Assembly (NCBI GenBank): GCA_037189525.1
Contig: JBBCJC010000005.1
Span: 896,001 to 960,000, forward strand
Direction: 5' to 3'
From: Gemmatimonadales bacterium
Lineage (GTDB): Bacteria > Gemmatimonadota > Gemmatimonadetes > Gemmatimonadales > GWC2-71-9
Length of the DNA: 64,000 bases
Positions within the stretch are counted from its first letter, which is position 1. Each line of letters opens with the position of its first letter. The notes below the pieces were generated by a model. The model worked only from the letters and a program-made list of their open reading frames with translations, made no database searches and was not told the origin of the DNA. Both the position numbers and the translations under genes were made by a program. Of this stretch, positions 20,459 through 29,631 are shown piece by piece.

Positions 20459-21393
20459 CGACGCCGGGCACCGCAGTTCTCTGCCGCGCCGACATCGAGG
20501 AAGCGCATCGGGTCATCGCACCGTGGATCCGTCGGACTCCCGTGCTCACGATCGCCGGCCGCGACCTGGATCTGCCGGTGGAATCGGTCACCCTCAAGCT
20601 CGAGACGCTGCAGCGGGCCGGTTCCTTCAAAATCCGTGGCGCCTTTACCAATCTGCTCACACGAGAGATCCCGCCCGCCGGCGTGGTCGCGGCCTCCGGC
20701 GGCAATCACGGCGCCGCCGTCGCCTACGCAGCTTGCGTGCTTGGTATCCCGGCCCGGATCTTCGTGCCCCGGACGGCGGCGCCACTCAAACTCGATCGGA
20801 TCCGGCGAGCGGGCGCCCAGATCGAAGTGGAAGGCGCCGGCTACGCAGAAGCGCTCGCCCGCTCGGAGACGTGGGTCCGGACCAGTGGCGCCCTCGCGAT
20901 CCACGCGTTCGATCAACCCGAAACCATTCGCGGCCAGGGCACGCTCGCTCTCGAGATTGCGGATCAAGTCCCGGACGTCGACACCATTCTGGTCGGCGTC
21001 GGAGGCGGCGGCCTGCTGGCGGGCATCGCCACCTGGTACGGCGGCACGCGGCGGATCATCGGCGTGGAGCCGGAGGGTTCGCCGACCCTGACCCGTGCCC
21101 TCGAGGCCGGCAAGCCGGTAGACGCGCCGACCGATAGCTTCGCAACGTCGCTCTCGCCCCGACGGATCGGCGAACTGGTATACCCGATCGTCGCACGGCT
21201 CGCGGAGTCACCCGTTCTCGTCACCGACGCCGAGATCGTAGCGGCGCAGCAGGCGATCTGGGACGCAGTGCGCATCTGGGCCGAGCCGGAAGGCGCGGCG
21301 GCCTTTGCGGCCCTCCTGTCGGGGCGCTACCAACCGAGCCGGAATGAGCGCGTGGTCGTCGTCGTGAGTGGCGGCAACGCTACGATGGGATAG
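20455..21393 (+). CDS. PLP-dependent serine/threonine dehydratase family
   Basis: GSFKIRG (PLP Lys), SGGNHG, GVGGGGL and SGGN motifs; GTGA overlap with the Rid gene. Confidence 0.9.
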   Translation: MTTPGTAVLCRADIEEAHRVIAPWIRRTPVLTIAGRDLDLPVESVTLKLETLQRAGSFKIRGAFTNLLTREIPPAGVVAASGGNHGAAVAYAACVLGIPARIFVPRTAAPLKLDRIRRAGAQIEVEGAGYAEALARSETWVRTSGALAIHAFDQPETIRGQGTLALEIADQVPDVDTILVGVGGGGLLAGIATWYGGTRRIIGVEPEGSPTLTRALEAGKPVDAPTDSFATSLSPRRIGELVYPIVARLAESPVLVTDAEIVAAQQAIWDAVRIWAEPEGAAAFAALLSGRYQPSRNERVVVVVSGGNATMG

Positions 21394-21427
21394 GACGAAG
21401 CACGGATGGTGATTCGCCGGGACGATG

Positions 21428-21853
21428 TTACTCCGGCACCGGGCCGAGATCGAGTTGAGCCGCGTTGGCCCGGATCCGCTCATCGTACGAGAGAACGGAA
21501 ACGCTGCCGAGGTTCTCGGCGAAGAGGAGAGCGGTGGCGAGATGGAGGGCGTCCAGAGTGCGAACCGGCTCGAAGGGGAAACGCGCCCGAGCTCGACGCA
21601 GGACCCGATCGGTCAGCTCGTGAACGTCCCAGTTCGACACCGCCACATCGAGCAGGCGAAGGGCTGACAGCTCATCCTTCAGACTGAGACGACCCTGCGA
21701 TCGGCCTCTCGCCAGACCACGCGCACACTCGACCGGTGTCAACGACGAGGTCACGACTCGCGTGGCGCCCGTCAGGATCGTTCGCACATCCTCGGCCGTC
21801 GGCTCCCCCAATAGCCAGGCGAGGACGCTGCTCGACTCCGCATAGATGATCAT
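21428..21853 (-). CDS. vapC: VapC family PIN-domain toxin
   Basis: IYAESS...VE...RTLDALHLATA...SYD acidic PIN pattern; coupled to the antitoxin gene. Confidence 0.85.
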   Translation of the reverse strand: MIIYAESSSVLAWLLGEPTAEDVRTILTGATRVVTSSLTPVECARGLARGRSQGRLSLKDELSALRLLDVAVSNWDVHELTDRVLRRARARFPFEPVRTLDALHLATALLFAENLGSVSVLSYDERIRANAAQLDLGPVPE

Positions 21854-22143
21854 CGATCTCCGCGCTCTTCGGCAAGGACATCCCGAGCCGTGCCAGGGGG
21901 AGAGGTGATCGGCGAAGCAGGGTACGGATCGGGCGATGGCTCCGCCAGGCGAAGCGAGCCATCTGCCGCCATCCGGCTCAATGCACGATGTAAGGGCGAA
22001 TCAGGCACGCTCGACGTATCCGGACGCCGCAGTTCCGCGACTACGCGACCACGATCCGTCACCAGGACCACATCACCGGACTGGACATCCCGGAGGATCC
22101 GGCTCAGGTGAGCCTTGAGCTCTCGAACGCCGACTGTACGCAT
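21850..22143 (-). CDS. Phd/YefM family antitoxin
   Basis: MRTVGVRELKAHLS...VLVTDRGRVVAEL motif. Confidence 0.88.
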   Translation of the reverse strand: MRTVGVRELKAHLSRILRDVQSGDVVLVTDRGRVVAELRRPDTSSVPDSPLHRALSRMAADGSLRLAEPSPDPYPASPITSPPGTARDVLAEERGDR

Positions 22144-22147
22144 ACCA

Positions 22148-22177
22148 CAATGTAGTTACATGTGACTACATTGACAA
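22148..22177 (-). promoter_or_regulatory. TA promoter and palindromic operator
   Basis: 26-bp palindrome CAATGTAGTTACATGTGACTACATTG with one mismatched pair; minus-strand TTGTCA-17-TACATT lies 5 nt before the ATG. Confidence 0.8.
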
Positions 22178-22209
22178 ACAAGGGGGGAGCGACCAGTCGC
22201 CCCCCCCTT
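22175..22209 (-). terminator. Intrinsic terminator of the aminoacylase gene
   Basis: Stem AAGGGGGG.GCGAC/GTCGC.CCCCCCTT followed by GTTTG on the minus strand. Confidence 0.6.
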
Positions 22210-22248
22210 CCCGCCACCGGCTTCGATGACCGAGACCGGCCGATTCGA

Positions 22249-23964
22249 TCAGCGCGACGGCGCCTGATAGCCGAGGCCTCGCAACGCCCGGCCGGGCTTG
22301 GCACCGGTGTGCTTGCCGTCCTTCCACACGGCGACTCCGTTGACCCAGACGTCCCGGACCCCTTCGCTCAGCTGGTGCGGGCTCTCGAAGGTCGCCCGAT
22401 CCGTGATGGTGGCCGGGTCGAAGAGCACGAGATCGGCGATCATCCCCTCCTTGACCATGCCCCGGTCGCGGAGCCCCAGAATCTGCGCGGTGGACCACGT
22501 CATCTTGCGCACCGCATCCTCCAGCGTGAGCAATCGGTCGGTCCGCACATACTTGCCCAGCACTCGCGGGAACGTCCCGTACGAGCGCGGGTGCACGTTG
22601 TACTTTGTGCTGTCGGGGTCGTAACCTCCCGCATCGCTGCCAATCACGACCCAGGGCCGCGCGATCATCATCGCGACATTCTCGTCCGACATCCCGAAAG
22701 TGATCTTACCCAGGCGGTCTTCCTCACCGAGCGTGAGCTCGATGATCGCCTCGTCCCAGGGCAGGCGGAGGTCGGCCGCAATCTCGCTCAGCCGCTTGGT
22801 CTGGTATTTGAGCCATTCGGGTTTCCGGAACCCGCTCACCAGGTAGGCCTCGGGCGGATTGTGCTGGCAGTAGGCCGGCGCGCCCGGGATCATATTCGTC
22901 ATATCCCGGCGAATCCGGTCACGCACGCTCCGATCCGCCAGATTGGCGAGCAGCTTGCCCTCGGCGTGCACCCAATCGGGAATGCAGGACGAGAGATTGT
23001 TTCCGGACGCCGGATACGGATACATCGTCGCCTTGACATCCTGGCCCGCGCTCCGCGCCGAGTCGATCCTGGCCACGGCGGGAACGGCAAGAGGCCAGTT
23101 GGTGCGGCCGCTCACCTTGAGGTGGTAGATCACCACCGGCACATTGCCCTCTCGACCGACCCGGAGCGCCTCGTCGATTGCGCTCAGAATGGCCGACTCC
23201 TCCGAGCGCATGTGGGTGATGTAATGCCCGTGCAAGGGCGACATGGCCTTGGCCAACTCCACCAGTTCGTCCGGACTGGCATACGCACCTGGCGGATAGA
23301 TCAGCGCGCTCGAAATCCCGAATGCGCCGTCCCGCATGGCATTCTGCACCACGGCCCGCATCGTGTCGAGTTCCGCCGGTCCCGCCGGACCTTCCCGCTG
23401 CCCCATGGCATAGGCGCGAACCGTCGTCGCCCCGAGGTAGCTCCCCGCATTGGTGGAGATTCCGTGGCGTTCCATGGCGTCGAGCCAGGCGCCGAAGCCG
23501 TGGACGCCACGGTAGGTACGGACGGCGGCCGCCATACTTCCGGGCTCGGGCTCGCCCGTGCCGTAGAGCGAATCGACGTTGGCATTCGACGGCGCCGGCG
23601 TGGTCGCCTCGCCGAGGATTTCCGATGTCACCCCCTGGGCGACCTTGCCCACCAGGCGTCCGTCGTCGGTCAGCAGCTGGTCCCACGAGTGGGATTGGAT
23701 ATCGATGAATCCGGGTGACAACACCAGCCCGCCTGCATCGACTCGACTCCCGGCAGCGACGCCGGCGAGGGCTCCCTTCGGCGCAATCGTCGCGATCCGA
23801 TCACCGCGCACGCCGACATCGCCCTCGTACCATGGATTGCCGGTACCGTCGACGATACGGGCATTGGCAATGACGACATCGTACGGCGAGGTGTCGTCAG
23901 ATTTCGGGCTGCAGCCCGCGACCAGAACAGCCAGGCCAACGATCGACCAGCGAGTGCGCACCAT
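22249..23964 (-). CDS. N-acyl-D-amino-acid deacylase (amidohydrolase), lipoprotein
   Basis: Lipobox VAGC; PGFIDIQSH, THMRSE, GSDAG, HPRSYGTFPR and ADLVLFDP motifs. Start at ATG 23964. Confidence 0.9.
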   Translation of the reverse strand: MVRTRWSIVGLAVLVAGCSPKSDDTSPYDVVIANARIVDGTGNPWYEGDVGVRGDRIATIAPKGALAGVAAGSRVDAGGLVLSPGFIDIQSHSWDQLLTDDGRLVGKVAQGVTSEILGEATTPAPSNANVDSLYGTGEPEPGSMAAAVRTYRGVHGFGAWLDAMERHGISTNAGSYLGATTVRAYAMGQREGPAGPAELDTMRAVVQNAMRDGAFGISSALIYPPGAYASPDELVELAKAMSPLHGHYITHMRSEESAILSAIDEALRVGREGNVPVVIYHLKVSGRTNWPLAVPAVARIDSARSAGQDVKATMYPYPASGNNLSSCIPDWVHAEGKLLANLADRSVRDRIRRDMTNMIPGAPAYCQHNPPEAYLVSGFRKPEWLKYQTKRLSEIAADLRLPWDEAIIELTLGEEDRLGKITFGMSDENVAMMIARPWVVIGSDAGGYDPDSTKYNVHPRSYGTFPRVLGKYVRTDRLLTLEDAVRKMTWSTAQILGLRDRGMVKEGMIADLVLFDPATITDRATFESPHQLSEGVRDVWVNGVAVWKDGKHTGAKPGRALRGLGYQAPSR

Positions 23965-24063
23965 CGAGCCTCCTTCGTATCGGCCACGTTGAAAGAAACG
24001 AAACGGCGACGGCTCCGGCGCTCCCATCTGCGGGCGCACCGGAGCCGGCACCTGGCATCCCGG

Positions 24064-26124
24064 TCAGGGCGTCGCGCCCGCCGACTGATCGCCGTACTTC
24101 TTGTACCAGCTCATCATGTACAGCTGAGTCCGCATGAAGTTGGACGGTTTGGACGACGTCCCATGCGCCTCGCCGTTGAAGCGCAGCAGCTCGGTCGGCA
24201 CTCCCAGCCGCTTCAGAGCGGAGAAGTACTCCTCCGACTGCGGCATGGGCGTCCGATCGTCGTTCTCGCCCGTCATGATCAGCGTCGGCGTCTTGACGTT
24301 GCCCACGTACATGAGCGGCGAGTGCTTGAGCCACGGCGCCGGATCTTCCCAGAACGGCTTGTCGAAGAAGTTGTCGATGAAGAGCGGCACGTCGGTGGTC
24401 CCGGTCATGCTGAGCCAGTTGGTCACCGGGCACCGCACGGCTGCCGCGGCAAAGCGAGTGGTCTGGCCGATGACCCAGCTCGACAGCACGCCGCCACCGC
24501 TACAGCCGCCCACGTACATCCGTTTGGTATCGACGTACCCCTTCTCGATCACGGCGTCCACACCGGCCATCAGATCGTCATAGTCGACGCTCGGATAGGC
24601 ACGCTCGATGGCGTTGCCGAACGCGGTCCCGTAGCCCGTGCTGCCTCGCGGATTGGTGTAGAGGACCACCATCCCGTTGGCCGCGAAGTTCTGGAACATG
24701 TAGTTGAACGCCACGTTGTACATGCCGTGCGGCCCGCCGTGGATCTCCATCGCGAGCGGATACTTCTTGCTCGGATCGAAGTTGGGCGGCTTGACGATCC
24801 ATCCGTGGACGCGTGCCCCGCCGCTCGAGTTGTACCAGATCTCCTCGACCTCGCCCAGCTTGATCTTGGCCAGCACGTCGGCGTTGACCTCGGTGAGACG
24901 GGTAATCTCGTTCGGCTTGGTGAGCGCAAAGCGGACAACGTCGCCCGGCTGGTGCGGTGAGCTCAGCGTCCCGACCGCAACTCCGTTCCGGGCAATCGAG
25001 GAGACGCCGAGCATGTGATTGCCGGACGTTACCTGCCGATAGCCACCACGGAGCGGCGTAAAGAAGAGCTGCGACGTTCCCTTGTCCTGCGCACCGTAGT
25101 AGACGCCACTCCCGTCCGTTGCCCAGGTGATCCCGCCGACGTCGCGATCGAGATCGCCCGACGCGAGCCGAGGATTGCTGCCGTCGATCCCCATGAAGTA
25201 GAGCTCGGCCGTCTTGTAGCTCTTCCGGGTCGAGTCATAGCCGGCGTACGCGATGGTCTTGCCATCCGGCGAGATCGAGGGGCTGCTCCAGGCGCCCGGC
25301 GTTTTAGTCAGGATGCGCAGGTTGCTCGTCGTCACATCGACGATCGCCAGCTGCGAGTTCCGGTAGTTGAAGTCCGCGTTCCCCTCGTAGAACCCCTCCA
25401 CCACGATCGACTTGCTGTCCGGCGTCCAGTCGTACCCCGCGCCGCCGAAGCCGAGCCGATCCATCCGCGCACCGAGATCGAACTCGCCCTTGGTGACCTG
25501 GCGAGCCGTGCCGCCGTCGGCCGGAACCACGAAGAGGTGCAGGTGCGCAAGCTGCATGAACCCGGCCCGATCCTGACGATAGTGGAGATCGGTGATCCGG
25601 CGCGGCGCCGGCGTCCACTTGGCTCCGGCGGGCGCGGCAGGCATGCTGATGCTCCAGGGACGCTCGTAGCGCACCAGACTGGTGAACGACAGCCATTTGC
25701 CGTCCGGTGACCAGGCCACGCTCCCGGGCGACTCCAGCAGCCGAGTCACCTGCGACACGGCGCCCTCGGCATCCATCCACCGCACGAAGATCTGCGCCTT
25801 CCCGTCCGCCTCGGCGACGTACGCGATCCGCGTCCCGTCGGGCGACCACCGCGGGCCGCCACCCTTGATCAGAAAGCGCTGCCGGGATCCGTCGGCATCC
25901 ATGATCCAGATGGCATTGTCCCAGCGATCTTCGATCGGATTGATCCAACGCCGGGTGAATACGATCTGGGTCCCGTCCGGCGAAAGCTGCGGATCGCCGA
26001 CCTGCTCCCAGTTGAGATAATGCTGCACCGTGAGCAGCGTGTCCGAGGGCACTTCTTGCGCGGTAGCTGCGGCCGCGCTCGCGACGAACGCGATCAACAC
26101 GCCCGCGCTGCGGAAACGACTCAT
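24064..26124 (-). CDS. Secreted S9 family peptidase (acylaminoacyl/dipeptidyl peptidase-like)
   Basis: Signal peptide, WSPDG repeats, IHGGP, and triad GCSGG / DDRTP / EAHG. Confidence 0.92.
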   Translation of the reverse strand: MSRFRSAGVLIAFVASAAAATAQEVPSDTLLTVQHYLNWEQVGDPQLSPDGTQIVFTRRWINPIEDRWDNAIWIMDADGSRQRFLIKGGGPRWSPDGTRIAYVAEADGKAQIFVRWMDAEGAVSQVTRLLESPGSVAWSPDGKWLSFTSLVRYERPWSISMPAAPAGAKWTPAPRRITDLHYRQDRAGFMQLAHLHLFVVPADGGTARQVTKGEFDLGARMDRLGFGGAGYDWTPDSKSIVVEGFYEGNADFNYRNSQLAIVDVTTSNLRILTKTPGAWSSPSISPDGKTIAYAGYDSTRKSYKTAELYFMGIDGSNPRLASGDLDRDVGGITWATDGSGVYYGAQDKGTSQLFFTPLRGGYRQVTSGNHMLGVSSIARNGVAVGTLSSPHQPGDVVRFALTKPNEITRLTEVNADVLAKIKLGEVEEIWYNSSGGARVHGWIVKPPNFDPSKKYPLAMEIHGGPHGMYNVAFNYMFQNFAANGMVVLYTNPRGSTGYGTAFGNAIERAYPSVDYDDLMAGVDAVIEKGYVDTKRMYVGGCSGGGVLSSWVIGQTTRFAAAAVRCPVTNWLSMTGTTDVPLFIDNFFDKPFWEDPAPWLKHSPLMYVGNVKTPTLIMTGENDDRTPMPQSEEYFSALKRLGVPTELLRFNGEAHGTSSKPSNFMRTQLYMMSWYKKYGDQSAGATP

Positions 26125-26196
26125 ACCGTCCTCCAGAATATTGAACTGCGTTGGAACGGACTCCAGCTGTCCTTCTTACCTCTGCCCCGAGCCGGA

Positions 26197-28575
26197 TCAG
26201 GCCCCGTAGGGGATCCAGATATTCTTGACCTGCGTCGCCTCTCGAAGCAACTCGTCCGAAGGCGGCGCCAGTTCGAGCCAGTCGCGCGTCGGCACCCGAT
26301 CGACCCAGGTACGCTTGAGATTACCGGCCGACAGCCGCTCGACCTCGCCGGCCAGCTCCGCCGGACCGCAATGCCAGAATCCGTCGACATTGTCGTGCGC
26401 AGCCAGCACCGGAACGAGTTCGCCGGCACGTCCCGATACGATATTGACGATGCCACCCGGCAGATCGGAGGTGTCGAACAGCTGATAGCAATCGAGCGCG
26501 GCAAGCGGTGACCGCTCCGACGGAATGACCACGACGGCGTTACCCAGCGCGATGGCCGGCATCACCAGCGAGAGAAACCCGGCCAGGCTGGGCGCCTCGG
26601 GCGCCGCGATACCGATTACGCCCAGCGGCTCGACCATCGCGACCGTCACGCTTCGATAGGGCGTCCCGTGCACTCGACCGTCGTACTTGTCGGCCCACGC
26701 CGCCGCATGATAGATCCGGCGCAGCGCCACCTCGAGTTCGAGCTCGGCATCCGCCTCCGATACACCAACCGTCCGGATCAGTCCATGGGCCAGCTCGTCA
26801 CGCCGCTGATCGAGGTTCTCCCCAACGTAGTAGAGAATCTGAGCGCGCTGATGCCCCGAGAGCTTGGCCCACCCCGCTTGCGCCGCGCGTGCCGCCTCGA
26901 CGGCGTTCCGGATGTCCTTCCGGTTGCCGTGTCCTACTTGTCCGACCGGCCGGCCGTCAGGCCCCGCCACCTCGAGCGCGTACCCCGAATCGGGACGGGC
27001 CTGCTTGCCTCCAATGTACAGCTTATAAGTCCGGTCGATCGGCGGCAGCCCGCCCCTGGCCGCGGCACGCCCGCGCCGAACCCGAGGACGCTTGGCGCGT
27101 ACCAGTGAGCGCGGGGTTGCCTTGACGTACTCCCAGAGCCCCTCTTTCCCACCTTCTCGGCCAAAGCCGCTCTCGCGGTAGCCGCCGAAGCCGCTGGCCG
27201 CGTCGAACACATTGGTGCAGTTGATCCAGACCGTTCCGGCCTTGACCTGCGGCGCAATGTCGAGCGCGGTGTTGATGTTCTCGGTCCAGATGCTGGCGGC
27301 CAGGCCGTACGGCGTGTTGTTGGCGAGTTCGACGGCTTCAGCCGGGGTTCGGAACGTCATCATCACGACGACAGGCCCGAAGATCTCCACCTGCGCAATG
27401 GTTGACGCCGGCGCCACATCGGTGAACAGCGTGGGCGGATAGAAGAGGCCGTCCGTGGGACAAGACCAGCTGGGTTGCCACCGCGTTGCCCCTTCCCGCT
27501 CTCCCTGCTCGACCAAACTGCGAATCCGATCGAGCTGCGAGGGCGCTACGATGGCGCCGATGTCGACCGCTTTATCGAGCGGATTACCCACACGGAGCGT
27601 TTCCATCCGGGCGCGAAGTTTGTCGACCAGCCGAGCCGCGATCGGTTCCTGCGCAAGAATGCGCGATCCAGCGCAGCAGACCTGCCCCTGATTGAACCAG
27701 ATCGCATCGACGACGCCTTCGACCACGCTGTCGAGATCGGCGTCATCGAAAACGATGAACGGACTCTTCCCGCCCAGTTCGAGCGACAGCTTCTTCCCGG
27801 TCCCCGCCGTCGCAATCCGGATGGCGCGCCCCACCTCGGTCGAACCGGTAAAGGCGATCTTGTCCACGTCGAAATGCCGCACCAGCGCCTCGCCGGTGCG
27901 GCCGTCGCCGGTCACGATGTTGACGACTCCCGGCGGCAGTCCGATCGTCTGGCAGAGTTCACCGAACAGGAGACCCGTGAGAGGCGTGAACTCCGCGGGC
28001 TTGAGCACCACCGTGTTTCCCATCGCGAGCGCGGGCGCAATCTTCCACGCCAACATCAGCAGCGGAAAATTCCAGGGCACGATCTGCCCGACCACGCCGA
28101 CCGGACCATACCCGGGCAGTTCCTCCTGCATCAGCTCTGCCCAGCCGGCGTGGTGATAGAAATGCCGCGCCACCAGCGGCACATCGATATCGCGCGACTC
28201 GCGAATCGGCTTGCCGTTGTCGAGCGTTTCCAGCACCGCGAAGAGCCGGCTCTGCTTCTGCAGCTGCCGCGCGATGGCATAGAGGTACCGGGCGCGCCCA
28301 TGCCCGCCAAGCGCCTCCCAGGCCGGCTGCGCAGCCCGCGCGGCGCGGACGGCCCGATCCACATCCTCAGCCGACCCCTGGGTAACGCGGGCCACCTCGG
28401 CGCCGGTGGCGGGGCTCGTCGTGACGAAGAGGTCCGGCCCGGGCGCTTCCGACACGCCACCAATGACGTGCCCGAAGCGACGTTCGTGCCCGGCAAGCCA
28501 CGCCGTGACCTCGGCGGTCGACTCCGGGGCGGGACCCCAGTTCATCTCCTGGAACTCATCGCGAACCCGACTCAT
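26197..28575 (-). CDS. Double-domain aldehyde dehydrogenase (ALDH16-like)
   Basis: Full N-terminal ALDH (PWNFP, FTGSTEVG, LELGGKS, GQVCCAGS, EIFGP) plus a second partial Rossmann domain ending KNIWIPYGA. Confidence 0.9.
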   Translation of the reverse strand: MSRVRDEFQEMNWGPAPESTAEVTAWLAGHERRFGHVIGGVSEAPGPDLFVTTSPATGAEVARVTQGSAEDVDRAVRAARAAQPAWEALGGHGRARYLYAIARQLQKQSRLFAVLETLDNGKPIRESRDIDVPLVARHFYHHAGWAELMQEELPGYGPVGVVGQIVPWNFPLLMLAWKIAPALAMGNTVVLKPAEFTPLTGLLFGELCQTIGLPPGVVNIVTGDGRTGEALVRHFDVDKIAFTGSTEVGRAIRIATAGTGKKLSLELGGKSPFIVFDDADLDSVVEGVVDAIWFNQGQVCCAGSRILAQEPIAARLVDKLRARMETLRVGNPLDKAVDIGAIVAPSQLDRIRSLVEQGEREGATRWQPSWSCPTDGLFYPPTLFTDVAPASTIAQVEIFGPVVVMMTFRTPAEAVELANNTPYGLAASIWTENINTALDIAPQVKAGTVWINCTNVFDAASGFGGYRESGFGREGGKEGLWEYVKATPRSLVRAKRPRVRRGRAAARGGLPPIDRTYKLYIGGKQARPDSGYALEVAGPDGRPVGQVGHGNRKDIRNAVEAARAAQAGWAKLSGHQRAQILYYVGENLDQRRDELAHGLIRTVGVSEADAELELEVALRRIYHAAAWADKYDGRVHGTPYRSVTVAMVEPLGVIGIAAPEAPSLAGFLSLVMPAIALGNAVVVIPSERSPLAALDCYQLFDTSDLPGGIVNIVSGRAGELVPVLAAHDNVDGFWHCGPAELAGEVERLSAGNLKRTWVDRVPTRDWLELAPPSDELLREATQVKNIWIPYGA

Positions 28576-28588
28576 GACGGCCTCTCCA

Positions 28589-29572
28589 TCACACCACCGG
28601 GTGGCGGTACGCGGCCGAGTATCGGCCGGTCACGTGGAACTCGAGCTGGCGTTCGATGTCGGCCAGCAAGGTACTGGCCCCGAACCGGAACAGGTCGGGG
28701 TGCAGGTACCGGTCGCCCAGTTCTTCTTTGATCATGGCGAGCCAGTCGAGCGCTTCCTTGGCCCGTCGGATCCCGCCCGCCGGTTTGAAGCCGACGATCT
28801 GACCGGTGCGCTCGCGGTAGCTGCGGATTGCGCGTGCCATCACGAGCCCGACCGGCAGCGTGGCGTTGACGGATTCTTTTCCGGTCGAGGTCTTGATGAA
28901 ATCGGCGCCGGCCATCATGCAGACCAGGCTGGCCCGGTAGACATCGCGGAGCGTGCCCAGATCGCCGGTGGCGAGAATGGTCTTGAGGTGGGCCGGCCCG
29001 CACGCCTCGCGGAAGGCGCGGACTTCGTCGTAGAGCGCATCCCAGCGGCCGCCCAGCACGTGGGCCCGGGTAACTACGATGTCGATTTCGCTCGCGCCGG
29101 CCGCTACCGAGGCGTGGATTTCGGCCAGACGGGTTTCGAAAGGCGAGAGCCCGGCCGGGAAACCGGTCGAGACGGCGGCCACCGGAATCCCGGAGCCGGC
29201 AAGCGCAGCAACCGCAGTCGGGACGAAGGCATGGTAGACGCAGACCGCGCCCACCGTGATCGACAGATCCTGCACACCGAGCGCTTCGAGCAGATCATCC
29301 CGAATCGGGCGCCTGGCTTTGGCGCAGAGGCGCCGCACCCGATCGGCGGTGTCGTCGCCCTGGAGGGTCGTCAGGTCCATCAGGGTCACGGCCCGGAGCA
29401 GCCAGCCCAACTGCCACTCCTTCTTGACCGACCGGCGGGCCGGGAGCGAGGCCGCCCGCCGCTCGACCGCGCTGCGATTGACGCGCGCATCCCGCACCCA
29501 GTCGAGTTCGAGGGGCGTACCCGGATTACGGGCAATGGGGGGTTCCGCGGCCGACCGTGGGCCGTGTGACAT
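28589..29572 (-). CDS. deoC: Deoxyribose-phosphate aldolase
   Basis: DLTTLQGDD, TGFPAG, EIDIV, ADFIKTSTGK, GFKPAGG and FRFGAS motifs. Confidence 0.96.
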   Translation of the reverse strand: MSHGPRSAAEPPIARNPGTPLELDWVRDARVNRSAVERRAASLPARRSVKKEWQLGWLLRAVTLMDLTTLQGDDTADRVRRLCAKARRPIRDDLLEALGVQDLSITVGAVCVYHAFVPTAVAALAGSGIPVAAVSTGFPAGLSPFETRLAEIHASVAAGASEIDIVVTRAHVLGGRWDALYDEVRAFREACGPAHLKTILATGDLGTLRDVYRASLVCMMAGADFIKTSTGKESVNATLPVGLVMARAIRSYRERTGQIVGFKPAGGIRRAKEALDWLAMIKEELGDRYLHPDLFRFGASTLLADIERQLEFHVTGRYSAAYRHPVV

Positions 29573-29631
29573 GCAGAAACTCGGGCGAAGGACCGGCGTA
29601 ATTTAGCCGGCCCGTGCCCAAACGGCTCCCC

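Noticed and set aside
19630..22210. ArsR-Rid-dehydratase-VapBC block as a defined mobile element
   Set aside because: No transposase, integrase, terminal inverted repeats or target duplication was seen.
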